Below, in pieces: positions 38,766-48,464 of a stretch of 64,000 nt of DNA. The stretch comes from Patescibacteria group bacterium. Lineage in GTDB: Bacteria > Patescibacteriota > Minisyncoccia > Phycocordibacterales > Phycocordibacteraceae. Where the stretch lies: the NCBI GenBank assembly GCA_038078715.1, contig JBBTSU010000005.1:3048-67047 (forward strand). The letters are read 5' to 3'. The translations under genes were made by a program, and so were the position numbers. The notes beneath the pieces are model-generated. The model had not been told where the DNA came from and made no database searches. It saw nothing but the letters and a program-made list of their open reading frames with translations. Within the stretch, counting starts at the first letter, position 1, and every line of letters begins with the position of its first letter.

Positions 38766-38998
38766 GTAGCTCGTTTGAGCGGGATGCCTAGGAACTAGGG
38801 AGAATTAGGACACACTCTACTCTCTTCCCTGCACGACCTCACGGCACGAAGTTGTTGCCACTGTTAATGATGAAATATTCTTATCTTTTATCTTTGTGAG
38901 CATAGAGAAAGAGGAGAGACTCCCTACCCTAGGGGGGAAGCAGGGTAAATTAAGAATAATAAAGTGTGGAGAGGAATCTCTAACTCCCCTACCCCTGT

Positions 38999-39328
38999 CT
39001 AAAGCCCATCATACAAAAGAACTTCTCCTGGAAGATACGGCTTTAGCGCCTCATAGCGATGATGGCCCTTTATCTGATCATGGAAATAGAAGCCCGCAAG
39101 ATTCATGATCTTTTCCCCTCCAGTTGGAAAACCTGATTCATCTAGCTGATGTTTGATTCTCCCCCACACTCCCCTCACCCACGTCTTTATCTGCTCAGGA
39201 TTATCATAGTCTCTTATCGCGAGGTTGCTGTCCTCAAGCGCGTACTTATTCATCCAGTCAATAACAATATTCTCAACGACATCTTTCGTGATCTTATCAA
39301 GAGATCCCGGATTGAGTCCTTCACCCAT
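38999..39328 (-). CDS. Hypothetical protein
   Basis: 109-aa ORF co-oriented with its neighbours, no recognised motif. Confidence 0.65.
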   Translation of the reverse strand: MGEGLNPGSLDKITKDVVENIVIDWMNKYALEDSNLAIRDYDNPEQIKTWVRGVWGRIKHQLDESGFPTGGEKIMNLAGFYFHDQIKGHHRYEALKPYLPGEVLLYDGL

Positions 39329-39333
39329 ACAAA

Positions 39334-39495
39334 CTAGTTAGACTCAGTAGACGTCGCCTCCTCATTCTGAGGTCCTTGTACCCCCTCCCATATCTTTCCT
39401 GGAAGCTCTTCTACCGTTGCGCCCGGGAACATCTGCCCCACAAGTACGAAGAGTGCCACAATCACAAGTATCACCAGTGCGAGGTCTCGTGCCAT
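39334..39495 (-). CDS. Small membrane protein, 53 aa (not in the ORF track)
   Basis: Hand translation MARDLALVILVIVALFVLVGQMFPGATVEELPGKIWEGVQGPQNEEATSTESN. It fills the gap between two minus-strand genes. Confidence 0.65.
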   Translation of the reverse strand: MARDLALVILVIVALFVLVGQMFPGATVEELPGKIWEGVQGPQNEEATSTESN

Positions 39496-39506
39496 ATAGG
39501 TATAGG

Positions 39507-40343
39507 TTACGCCCTCTTGGCCTCAAGGACAATCTCCTCGCCGGTGACTTCCTTGAACCTCTGGGTAAGCACGACGATTTTTTCTTTCACACCTGGTGGC
39601 AAACTCTCGTATTCCTTTCGTATAAACTCCCCCATTTCTTCCCATAGTGTCTGATATTCAGGAGGCAAGAAGCCTCGTGCACCCTCCCTCTTCTCTGAGA
39701 GCGCAAACATACAAAACATGGAGTACCCTTTCATACGACGGAGACGATGCCCTTCTGCCCCTTGTACGATAAGCAAAGGATCTGGAGTCTGTAGCTGCGT
39801 CAGTAGCTCCATATCACGATTAATGATAAGAGACGCAAGACTCCTCACATGAATCGTTCGTAAACGATCCTCCTCTGCTTTCTCGGGTGATCTGAAATCT
39901 TTTGCCGCCTGTAAGAGTGCTTGCAATGCCTTGTATGCTTCAGCACGATGATCCGTATTCATATCAAGCTTCCCCTGCGCATGTGCAGCATCACTCTCCC
40001 GATAATTAATTATCCTCTGGACATACTCTTCTACAGTCCGGTCATTAATCAAACGAGAATCATCGGTCCAGTCTTCATCCTTAAAATCACGTGCCAAAAG
40101 CTCCTCATCCCACTTATTCTCTTTCATCCAACGTCGTATGGCGAGACAGAAAGTAGGATTGAAGGCAAACAACGCAGGAAAGATGCGCGCATGCACCATG
40201 GTGGGGACCTGGAGATTAAGACCACTCCCCTGCGACATGTGGAAGGACCAGAACAAAAGTTCAGTAATATCCTTGGGAGCATACTCGGGAGTGTTCTCCC
40301 GCTCTTTAGGTGAAGCCCCTCCGTTTTGCTCATGTGTGCTCAT
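39507..40343 (-). CDS. Hypothetical protein
   Basis: 278-aa charged, helical-looking ORF directly after the LOG gene. Confidence 0.7.
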   Translation of the reverse strand: MSTHEQNGGASPKERENTPEYAPKDITELLFWSFHMSQGSGLNLQVPTMVHARIFPALFAFNPTFCLAIRRWMKENKWDEELLARDFKDEDWTDDSRLINDRTVEEYVQRIINYRESDAAHAQGKLDMNTDHRAEAYKALQALLQAAKDFRSPEKAEEDRLRTIHVRSLASLIINRDMELLTQLQTPDPLLIVQGAEGHRLRRMKGYSMFCMFALSEKREGARGFLPPEYQTLWEEMGEFIRKEYESLPPGVKEKIVVLTQRFKEVTGEEIVLEAKRA

Positions 40344-40344
40344 A

Positions 40345-41133
40345 TCAACACTTCACGTTTTCAACGATGTAGTCAAAAGCTTCATCCACAGAATCCACCA
40401 CTTTGTAGATTGTGAGATCTGCCGCATCAATTGCAGCATACTTTTTCAGGAGTTGCTCCTCAAACTGTCGCATAATGGGACCCCAATACTCAGAACCATA
40501 CAGTACGATGGGTACACGATTAATCTTTTTGGTCTGCACCAGAGTCGCAATTTCAAAGAACTCATCAAGCGTGCCGAATCCTCCAGGAAAGAAAATGTAC
40601 ACCTCAGAGGCAAACGCGAGCATGGTCTTTCGCACAAAGAAATGATCAAAGGTGAGAGATTCAGTGAGATAATTATTCAACGATTGAGTATCCGACAAAC
40701 GAATGTTAAGTCCCACAGAGGCACCTCCTGCCTCATAGGCACCCTTGTTCGCTGCTTCCATAATGCCAGTTGAGCCGCCGGTGATGACGGCAAATCCGCG
40801 CTTTGCAAGTCGTCCAGCTAAATCAGTAGCCGCCTGACCAATGGCATCGCCAAAGCCCATACGAGCGCTCCCGAAGAAGCTTGCCGCAAGCCCGTACTTG
40901 GCGAGGATCTCAAATCCTTCCACAAACTCAGACATGATTTTGAAGATGCGCCAAGACTCAAGCTGGCGAGGCTTACAGACAAGCGGCTTGTATTCTTCCG
41001 TCACTTCCTCCTTCCCTTTCTTCACGGCATGCAAAAGTGCTTCCTGCATACGTTCGTGGTGCTCCTCCTTGCTTGCCGTGTGATTCTTCACTGGCGGAAT
41101 AATGCTTCGCCCATCTGTTTTTAGCTCATCCAT
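40345..41133 (-). CDS. LOG family (TIGR00730-like) Rossmann-fold protein
   Basis: FGSAR, GIMEAANKGA, FFVRK, PGGFGTLDE. Confidence 0.93.
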   Translation of the reverse strand: MDELKTDGRSIIPPVKNHTASKEEHHERMQEALLHAVKKGKEEVTEEYKPLVCKPRQLESWRIFKIMSEFVEGFEILAKYGLAASFFGSARMGFGDAIGQAATDLAGRLAKRGFAVITGGSTGIMEAANKGAYEAGGASVGLNIRLSDTQSLNNYLTESLTFDHFFVRKTMLAFASEVYIFFPGGFGTLDEFFEIATLVQTKKINRVPIVLYGSEYWGPIMRQFEEQLLKKYAAIDAADLTIYKVVDSVDEAFDYIVENVKC

Positions 41134-41714
41134 GGAATATCGTACGTATCAAAATCTGGTAGTAGTTTCTTATTATACGCTATGCGATAGATGACTTCCG
41201 CATGGCAGAAGGCACCAGTGAGCGCATTGTGAGGGCGCGGCTCTGGCGGAAGGCCACAGTACGAAAGCGCATATGTCATATCAATCGCCGAGTGGTTGTG
41301 TGCGACGGGTGGAATCTTTCCTTTCACTCGCATATGCGTCCACACGAGCGTATGGACATCTATCGTGCGCTTCGCAAACGGGAATTCTATTCCCGCGCGC
41401 TCACATGCCATACGAAGCATGTCGTGATCAAAGGACACATTCTGGGCTGCAATGGTGCGCTCCTCTACCCTATCCAGAGCCCAGGCGATAAAGGCCTTCA
41501 CGAGCTCAGCTTCTGTCTTCTTGGACGCATCCTTCACCTCTTCTTCTGAAAAGCCGTTTACTGCGAGCGCCTCTGCCTCTATGTGCGCACCGTCCCATAC
41601 GCGACACTCGTCATAGAACTGATTCTCTGGATTATCCAAATCAAGCGCCCCCAAAGACACAATGGAATTCTTCTGCGGGTTCACCCCTGTGGCTTCAATA
41701 TCAATGACAATCAT
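41121..41714 (-). CDS. DEDDh 3'-5' exonuclease
   Basis: IDIEATG, QNVSFD, HNALTGA. Confidence 0.88.
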   Translation of the reverse strand: MIVIDIEATGVNPQKNSIVSLGALDLDNPENQFYDECRVWDGAHIEAEALAVNGFSEEEVKDASKKTEAELVKAFIAWALDRVEERTIAAQNVSFDHDMLRMACERAGIEFPFAKRTIDVHTLVWTHMRVKGKIPPVAHNHSAIDMTYALSYCGLPPEPRPHNALTGAFCHAEVIYRIAYNKKLLPDFDTYDIPWMS

Positions 41715-41716
41715 GG

Positions 41717-42217
41717 TTATTTCTTACGCATTATCTGCTCCATATGCGCCTGCTGCAAATCAAACATACGCTGGAACGCCATACCAAGGCGTTCACTTCG
41801 TAGTAACTGATCTAGATGCCACTGTTGACGATCGTCTTCAGTAATGATTCCGCGTGCCACAAGCAGGTCAAGTGCTTTGTAGCGAGTCTCTCCAAGCCTC
41901 CATATGGTTTGGAAGGTGTCTGCTTCCCCACCTTCTACCTGTTCAAACAAAAACAACCGAGTGAGCCGACGATATTCTTCAAAGCGTTCCTTGATCTCTT
42001 TCTGGGCGCGCTGTTCTGACTCGGTGAGCGTCTCTCCTGATATAGAAGGAAGACGAGGAATAATCGCATCTATCTCAGAGAAGACCTCATCAAGCTGTGT
42101 GAGAACCTGCTCCTCTGCGGTCACCCGCGCATCAAGCGATGACTTCATTGCATCAGTCTCCATTTGCTCAAGTATGCTTGGCTTCTGAGGATTATGTGAA
42201 ATGCCTTCATCACTCAT
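41717..42217 (-). CDS. Hypothetical helical protein
   Basis: 166-aa ORF tightly packed between its neighbours. Confidence 0.65.
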   Translation of the reverse strand: MSDEGISHNPQKPSILEQMETDAMKSSLDARVTAEEQVLTQLDEVFSEIDAIIPRLPSISGETLTESEQRAQKEIKERFEEYRRLTRLFLFEQVEGGEADTFQTIWRLGETRYKALDLLVARGIITEDDRQQWHLDQLLRSERLGMAFQRMFDLQQAHMEQIMRKK

Positions 42218-42228
42218 AGGTCCTCGTA

Positions 42229-42594
42229 TTATATCCCCTCGCAGTTAGCTGCAGGGGTGTACCCTGCCCCCTCGGCCTCTGTTTTTGTGGAGAACCAGAT
42301 CTTGTTCCCTTCGGAAATAGTCCGGGCTCCCGGGCAGCTCGGAAGGTGATACTTAGTGCCATTCACCGACCCCACATACACCCCCTCTCTGGCCTCAGGC
42401 AGGCTTGCGGTCACCGTAGCCGCCCCTAGGTCCTCTATATAGAAATCGGTCTCTGAAGCAAAATCCCGCTCATGGAGCATCCCCAACTGGAAGCTTGCGA
42501 TGGCAACCAGAATGACTAGGGCGAGATAGAGAGTATCGGTAGGGACCCGAGAGAGCATTGCCTTGCTTTGACGGCCTATCTCTGCTATATTCAT
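42229..42594 (-). CDS. Membrane-anchored protein with Ada-like metal-binding domain
   Basis: TM helix then [17 protein letters not shown]....[12 protein letters not shown]. Confidence 0.8.
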   Translation of the reverse strand: MNIAEIGRQSKAMLSRVPTDTLYLALVILVAIASFQLGMLHERDFASETDFYIEDLGAATVTASLPEAREGVYVGSVNGTKYHLPSCPGARTISEGNKIWFSTKTEAEGAGYTPAANCEGI

Positions 42595-42614
42595 CGTCAC
42601 AACAGCATACCACT

Positions 42615-42887
42615 ATGGCATCAACAAAAGCCGGAGGCTCAACAAAGAACGTACGCGACTCAAAGCCAAAATACCTAGGCATTAAGCTTGGTAATGGTGC
42701 AGCCGCACGTCCAGGTATGGTTATCGTCCGCCAGCGCGGTACGAAGATCATGGCCGGAAAGAACGTGCGTGTCGGTAAGGACCATACCCTCTTCTCAATG
42801 ACGACGGGTAAGGTTTCCTACACGGAGAAACGCAAAATGAAGTTTGACGGCAGCGTCTCTCGCAAGAAAGTCGCCAACGTTATCTAA
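42615..42887 (+). CDS. rpmA: 50S ribosomal protein L27
   Basis: [36 protein letters not shown]. Confidence 0.97.
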   Translation: MASTKAGGSTKNVRDSKPKYLGIKLGNGAAARPGMVIVRQRGTKIMAGKNVRVGKDHTLFSMTTGKVSYTEKRKMKFDGSVSRKKVANVI

Positions 42888-42889
42888 GT

Positions 42890-42920
42890 AAAAACCCCGC
42901 CTGAAGCGGGGTTTTCTTTT
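42890..42920. terminator. Bidirectional terminator between rpmA and rplI
   Basis: AAAAACCCCGC-ctgaa-GCGGGGTTTTCTTTT. Confidence 0.88.
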
Positions 42921-42932
42921 ATCTTCCGAAGC

Positions 42933-43358
42933 TTATTCAGCTTCAACAACGATGGTGATCTTTCCGAAGTTCTCTCCGTAGGAAACCGGAACCTCAAAGG
43001 TACCGAGCTCCTTGAATGGGCGCTCAATAGAGATCGCATCTACTGGGAGCTGTGCCTTTTCAGCAATTTCCTTGGCGTCTACGGCGTCATAAAGGTGTCC
43101 CTGCTCGTTTGCCTTCTTTACGAAGACAATGCGCTCTTCTGCAAGAGACACGAGGCGCTCAGCGATAAGCTTGGCATCAAGCTCACGTCGCTCAGCAAAC
43201 TGCTTCTGCATCGCCTCTGCACGCTTTACGGCGTCTCCAGAAGCCGGAACTGCTGCCTTACGTGGGAAGAGGAAGTTAATAGCGTAGCCATCTTTCACGT
43301 CAACGACGGTATTGGCGCGGCCAGTGCCCTTTACGTCTTTAATCATTACAACTTTCAT
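42933..43358 (-). CDS. rplI: 50S ribosomal protein L9
   Basis: MKVVMIKDVKGTG..VKDGYAINFLFP. Confidence 0.95.
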   Translation of the reverse strand: MKVVMIKDVKGTGRANTVVDVKDGYAINFLFPRKAAVPASGDAVKRAEAMQKQFAERRELDAKLIAERLVSLAEERIVFVKKANEQGHLYDAVDAKEIAEKAQLPVDAISIERPFKELGTFEVPVSYGENFGKITIVVEAE

Positions 43359-43376
43359 AGTTCGGCTATCCTACCC

Positions 43377-44327
43377 TTACTCAGACGGTTCTGCAAATGG
43401 GACTACCCTATGGAAGGTTGGCGTCCAAGTAGGAATTCCATTGTGCTCTTCGGGTTGAGCTTCAATAATAGTAGACATGGATTCAAGGAGCGACCGATAC
43501 TCTGCAATACCGAGTGACTGATCGTCAAAGATAGGATTAATCACATTTTCTAGAAAATCTACGATAAGCGTATCTCGTTCATACGGAGGAATGAGAAGTG
43601 CTGCGCGAAGCCCTGCATTGTCTGCAGGAGCAAGCGCAACCACGTGTTCCCCTTCTGTTCCTCGTAACCGAGCGACCTCATGAAGCTGCTGTGCAAGCAC
43701 GAGATTAGAGAAACCACGAAGCATCCAATACCACTGTGCCATGGTCTCTTGCTCCTGAGGAGAATATACGGTGAGACGTTCTTTGATTATCTCTGCGTCT
43801 CGTGTCGTGCCGCCCTCAGGAAGAAAGCTCATGTACAGCGCAGTAGTTGCGGCAACAGCGGCACCGCCCGCAAGCAGATTCCTTCGCGTATATGTTTCTG
43901 GACGAGGCGTCGTCACTATATGTCCTGCGACAAGGACGAACGCTCCCGCAGCAAGGAGGCGCGCAACGTCTTCATTGTTCATGAGTTTTGTCGGAGGGGC
44001 ATCAAGGAGACTAACCGGCATAGATCCAAACGTCATATATAAAGGACGGCGCTCCTGATACGCCAGACGTACGACAGAGTGTGCAAAGGGATAGAACTCT
44101 TCAGGATCATTCTGTAGCGCTCGATCAAGCTGTGAGGAGTCACTCATAGGGACAGAATAGGCGGTGACATGAAGATCTTGTAGCACTTCTGGATCTACCA
44201 CATGCCTTCCCTCATTTTGTTCTGGAAGAAGAGTGACTGGCGCTTTGTCGGGCCCGAGTTCAAGTGTATACAGCACTGAGGTCACCTCGTGTGCCTCCCA
44301 TCCGCCTTCAGCGCCAGTTCGAGCCAT
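43377..44327 (-). CDS. Hypothetical protein with an internal TM hairpin and twin-arginine-like motif
   Basis: LLAAGAFVLVAG..TRRNLLAGGAAVAA in mid-protein. Confidence 0.65.
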   Translation of the reverse strand: MARTGAEGGWEAHEVTSVLYTLELGPDKAPVTLLPEQNEGRHVVDPEVLQDLHVTAYSVPMSDSSQLDRALQNDPEEFYPFAHSVVRLAYQERRPLYMTFGSMPVSLLDAPPTKLMNNEDVARLLAAGAFVLVAGHIVTTPRPETYTRRNLLAGGAAVAATTALYMSFLPEGGTTRDAEIIKERLTVYSPQEQETMAQWYWMLRGFSNLVLAQQLHEVARLRGTEGEHVVALAPADNAGLRAALLIPPYERDTLIVDFLENVINPIFDDQSLGIAEYRSLLESMSTIIEAQPEEHNGIPTWTPTFHRVVPFAEPSE

Positions 44328-44330
44328 ACG

Positions 44331-45590
44331 CTACTTCCCCGTTACAAGGAACTGCACTGCACGCTCCTTCTGTGGGTCCTTTCCTGCCTTCTTCTCTTCT
44401 GGCGTACGCTCTACTTCTATATCAGGAGTAAGACCTCCGGCAGAAATGGAATCTCCTGAAGGAGTAATCCAGCGAGCAATGGTGATCTTGAGTGCCCCTC
44501 CATCCACATCAATAAGTTCCTGCACGGATCCCTTTCCAAAGGATTTCGTGCCAATCAAGGTGGCAACTTCATGATCACGAAGAGCCCCTGCGACGATCTC
44601 AGAGGCAGAGGCTGATCCTTTATCTATCAAGATCACGATCTTCGTTCCTGCATTCACTCCACCTGATCCTGAAGAACGGTGCACAAGGTTATCGCGTTTT
44701 CCATCGTAGTCTTCCGTCACCACCACTTCTCCCTTTGGGAGGAAGCGGCTGGAGATTTGCACTGCGGCAGAAAGATACCCTCCTGGGTTTCCACGAAGAT
44801 CTATCAGGAGTTTTGTAGAGCCCGTCTTGCGGAAGTCAGTAAGTGCATCCGCAAACAAACGATTCGCCGTTGCGGTGAAGCTGTGGAGGGTGATGGTGTA
44901 GATTCCCGTCTCGGCGTCGTACTCCTGATCAAGGGTTGGAACCTGGATGATGTCGCGGATGATGGTGATCTCAAGCACTTCTCCATCTCGAAGCACCCGG
45001 AAGGTCACCGGCGTTCCCTTGTCGCCACGGATGTACTTCACCCCCTCCTCAACCGTCATGCCTGTGGTATCTACATCCCCGATTGCAAGAATACGGTCCC
45101 CTGCCTCAAGACCTGCCTTCTCTGCCGGAGAGTTCTTGAGTGGCGCAATCACCGTAAGAACACGGTCCTCATCCAGTCCAATCTCCGCACCAATACCACT
45201 GAAGTTCCCCATGATGTCGTCCTTGAAGATCTTTGCATCTTCGGGTGCGAGATACATAGTGTAGGGATCCCCATATGAACCCGCAAGTCCCTGAATTGCA
45301 CCCCAGATGCGTTCCTGTGCGGTTGGCATCGTAGAACTTGCACTTGTCTGCACAAATCGTCCTTCAAGTGTGTTCCATGCCTTCCAGAAGTTTGCGAGGT
45401 CTGCCGTCGTATCAGGCGTGGAATCAAGTCCCATCCCAAGAAGTGGAAGACTGTCCGCAAAGATGCGGCTTCCGGTTCCTGCTCCGGTCACTACACCCGC
45501 ACCGAAGGAAAGCACGACGACGACCGCAAGAATAACCGCCGCGCGCGCAATATCTCCAAAACGACGACGTGAGGGAGTTTCAAAGGCCAT
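44331..45590 (-). CDS. Carboxyl-terminal processing protease (S41, PDZ)
   Basis: DPYT, GIGA, IDLRGNPGG, SASASEI, GKGSVQ. Confidence 0.95.
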   Translation of the reverse strand: MAFETPSRRRFGDIARAAVILAVVVVLSFGAGVVTGAGTGSRIFADSLPLLGMGLDSTPDTTADLANFWKAWNTLEGRFVQTSASSTMPTAQERIWGAIQGLAGSYGDPYTMYLAPEDAKIFKDDIMGNFSGIGAEIGLDEDRVLTVIAPLKNSPAEKAGLEAGDRILAIGDVDTTGMTVEEGVKYIRGDKGTPVTFRVLRDGEVLEITIIRDIIQVPTLDQEYDAETGIYTITLHSFTATANRLFADALTDFRKTGSTKLLIDLRGNPGGYLSAAVQISSRFLPKGEVVVTEDYDGKRDNLVHRSSGSGGVNAGTKIVILIDKGSASASEIVAGALRDHEVATLIGTKSFGKGSVQELIDVDGGALKITIARWITPSGDSISAGGLTPDIEVERTPEEKKAGKDPQKERAVQFLVTGK

Positions 45591-45657
45591 AGATAAGAGA
45601 ATTATATCATAGTGCTATACTCATTTTGTCGGCATTCACGCCCTTTTCTATCCTCAC

Positions 45658-47091
45658 ATGTGGCCTTTTAGTACCAAGAAGACTATTACTGTTCCCCTCT
45701 TTCTCACGAACACCCTTTCGGGGTCTAAAGATCAGTTTCTTCCGTTTGTTGCAGGTCGTGCGACCCTGTATTCCTGTGGTCCGACAGTGTATGGGCCCCA
45801 GCACATCGGAAACCTCCGTGCCGCGGTATTTGCCGATACCGTTGCCCGTGCCCTTAAGGCTGCAGGCTACCAGCTCCGACGTGTCATTAACATCACCGAC
45901 GTCGGACACTTGGTTGGCGACGGAGACGAAGGTGAAGACAAGATGGTAGTCGGTGCACGTGCAGAAAAGACAACTCCTAAAGAGATTGCGAATCGCTACA
46001 CCACCCGCTATCTAGATGACATCAAGGCACTCAATCTTGATCTCTCTGATATTCACTTCCCTCGCGCAACTGAATACATTCCTCAACAGATAGAGATGAT
46101 TAAGGCGCTTGAGAAGAAGGGTCTTACCTACAAAACAGGCGACGGTATTTATTTTGATACGGAACTCTTTCCGTCCTACGGAAAACTTGGAAACCAAAAA
46201 GAAGTGGCACAGCAGGCCGGCACTCGTGTTTCTACCGAAGGAAAGAAAAACCCTCGTGACTTTGCACTCTGGCGTTTTGCAGGATCAAGTGATTTGCAGA
46301 AATGGGATTCTCCATGGGGTGAAGGAAATCCGGGATGGAGCATTGAGTGCTCAGCGATGAGTCGTGCACTCCTCGGTGAGACCATTGATGTGCACACCGG
46401 CGGACAAGATCACATCAGCGTGCACCACAACAATGAGATTGCGCAGTCAGAAGGTGCAAGTGGCAAACCATTTGTGCGCTACTGGCTCCACAATGCCTTC
46501 CTCACCATTGAAGGCGCAAAGATTTCTAAATCCGTTGGAAACGTCCACACGCTTTCTGAAGTGATTGAGCGCGGCTTCCATCCGCTCGCACTCCGTTACT
46601 TCTTCTTGCAAGCACACTATCGCACTCCCCTTTCCTTCTCTTGGGAAGCACTGAAGGCTGCGGAAACTGGACTTGAAGGACTCTGGAAGACCACACGTGA
46701 TATTAAGAAGAAATCCCGTGGCAAAGCATCCTCTTCCCCATACGCGATAGAACTTCGGAGCATCTTTCTTGACGACCTTTCTACCCCTCAGGTCCTCGCC
46801 GCACTCTTCAAGGCGCTTGGAGATGACGACCTGACCATAGAACAGAAATGGGGCCTCCTTACAGAGGCAGATGCCCTTCTCGGACTTTCCCTCATAGAGC
46901 CTCCACAAGACGCGCATATAGGGCTCCACGACCTCCCAGAGGCAGTCCAGTCTCTCTATGCCGAGCGTGTAGAAGCAAAGAAACAGAAGGATTATGCTCG
47001 TGCAGACGAACTTCGTATCCACATAGAGAACAGTGGATATCGTGTTGAAGACACGGCTTCTGGACCCCTCTTCACCAGACTGGAAAGATAG
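45658..47091 (+). CDS. cysS: Cysteinyl-tRNA synthetase
   Basis: CGPTVY..HIGN, NITDVGH, IECSAM, HHNNE, KISKS. Confidence 0.97.
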   Translation: MWPFSTKKTITVPLFLTNTLSGSKDQFLPFVAGRATLYSCGPTVYGPQHIGNLRAAVFADTVARALKAAGYQLRRVINITDVGHLVGDGDEGEDKMVVGARAEKTTPKEIANRYTTRYLDDIKALNLDLSDIHFPRATEYIPQQIEMIKALEKKGLTYKTGDGIYFDTELFPSYGKLGNQKEVAQQAGTRVSTEGKKNPRDFALWRFAGSSDLQKWDSPWGEGNPGWSIECSAMSRALLGETIDVHTGGQDHISVHHNNEIAQSEGASGKPFVRYWLHNAFLTIEGAKISKSVGNVHTLSEVIERGFHPLALRYFFLQAHYRTPLSFSWEALKAAETGLEGLWKTTRDIKKKSRGKASSSPYAIELRSIFLDDLSTPQVLAALFKALGDDDLTIEQKWGLLTEADALLGLSLIEPPQDAHIGLHDLPEAVQSLYAERVEAKKQKDYARADELRIHIENSGYRVEDTASGPLFTRLER

Positions 47092-47105
47092 TAGAATAGG
47101 CCTCT

Positions 47106-48461
47106 ATGGCCGCAGATCGTATTCCTCCACAAAGTCTTGAAGCAGAGCGCGGACTTCTAGGTGCGCTTCTATTAAAGCCAGATGCCATTCATGACATCGG
47201 AGATTCCGTCATGCCGGATTCTTTTTATGCGGAAAAACACCGTTTGATCTTTGAGGCGATGAAAGAACTCTCTGATCGCGGAGAGCCTATAGATATTCTT
47301 TCCCTCTCTGAACGCCTTACGACAAAGGGCACCCTTGAGCGTTCAGGTGGTCGTGCCTACATCGCAGAACTTGCAGGAAGCGCTCCTGCGCCAGGAAACT
47401 TTGCACACTACGCAGAGCTTGTGTCTCGTAAGCACCTGATGCGTGAGCTTATCGGCGCGGCGTATGAAATAAATGAAGCTGCATACGATGAAGGCCGTGA
47501 AGCAGAGGAAGTGCTTGATGAGGCTGAGAAGAAAGTGATGGCGGTTAGTAACGGTACGGGTGTCCATAAGTTCACCGCAATCTCCGACAAACTTGATGAC
47601 GCATGGGAGCGCATTGAAGCGATGTCTAAGAAAGAGGGTGGCGTGCGTGGTATTCCGACTGGATTCCCTGAACTGGATAACATGCTCTCTGGTCTTCATC
47701 CTTCTGATCTCGTGATTCTTGCCGCACGTCCCTCCGTCGGTAAGACCTCACTTGCACTTGATATCGCACGTAACACCGCAGTGAAGCACGGAACTCCTGT
47801 GGGTATCTTCTCTCTTGAAATGAGCTCTGAGCAGCTCGTGGATCGTATGCTTGCTGCTGAGTCCTATGTGGACTCATGGAAGATGCGCACCGGTGCGGTT
47901 CGTGCAGAAGATGACTTCGCTAAGATTCGTGACGCGCTTGAGACTCTTTCCAAGGCTCCTATTTATATAGACGACAAACCTGGTAATAACATTCTTGCCA
48001 TGCGTGCAGTGGCACGTCGCTTGAAGCGTGAACGCGGTATCGGACTTCTTGTGGTGGACTACCTCCAGCTCATGGAGCCAGTGGGGTCCAAGCACTCTGA
48101 CTCTATGGTGCAGCAGGTGACTGAGATCTCTCGCTCCTTGAAGTCGCTTGCTCGTGAGCTCAACGTACCGGTGCTTGCCCTTTCCCAGCTCTCTCGTGCG
48201 GTGGAACAGCGAGGAGGTAAGCCTCGTCTTTCAGACCTTCGTGACTCCGGTTCTATTGAGCAGGATGCGGACGTGGTCATGTTCATCCATCGTGAAGACA
48301 AACGTAATCCCGACGCAGAACCGACCAATGTTGCTGAGATTCTTATTGAAAAGCATCGTAACGGTCCCACCGGACGTGTGGAGCTCCACTTTGATGACAA
48401 GCGTGCCACATTCATGTCGGTTGACCGTTCTGGCTATGGGGATCTCGCAACTGAGTTCTAA
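47106..48461 (+). CDS. dnaB: Replicative DNA helicase
   Basis: AARPSVGKT, FSLEM, VDYLQL, SDLRDSGSIEQDAD. No intein. Confidence 0.98.
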   Translation: MAADRIPPQSLEAERGLLGALLLKPDAIHDIGDSVMPDSFYAEKHRLIFEAMKELSDRGEPIDILSLSERLTTKGTLERSGGRAYIAELAGSAPAPGNFAHYAELVSRKHLMRELIGAAYEINEAAYDEGREAEEVLDEAEKKVMAVSNGTGVHKFTAISDKLDDAWERIEAMSKKEGGVRGIPTGFPELDNMLSGLHPSDLVILAARPSVGKTSLALDIARNTAVKHGTPVGIFSLEMSSEQLVDRMLAAESYVDSWKMRTGAVRAEDDFAKIRDALETLSKAPIYIDDKPGNNILAMRAVARRLKRERGIGLLVVDYLQLMEPVGSKHSDSMVQQVTEISRSLKSLARELNVPVLALSQLSRAVEQRGGKPRLSDLRDSGSIEQDADVVMFIHREDKRNPDAEPTNVAEILIEKHRNGPTGRVELHFDDKRATFMSVDRSGYGDLATEF

Positions 48462-48464
48462 GAT

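Noticed and set aside
38478-38998. tmRNA, RNase P RNA, SRP RNA, CRISPR array or oriC in the large intergenic gap
   Set aside because: No tRNA-like ends, GAGGAAAGTCC motif, repeat-spacer periodicity or DnaA-box cluster was seen, and the flanking genes converge rather than diverge.
38576-39108. Short plus-strand ORFs 38576-38791 and 38896-39108
   Set aside because: They use GTG starts, have no protein-like features, and overlap the dif-like site, KOPS-like motifs or an opposite-strand gene.
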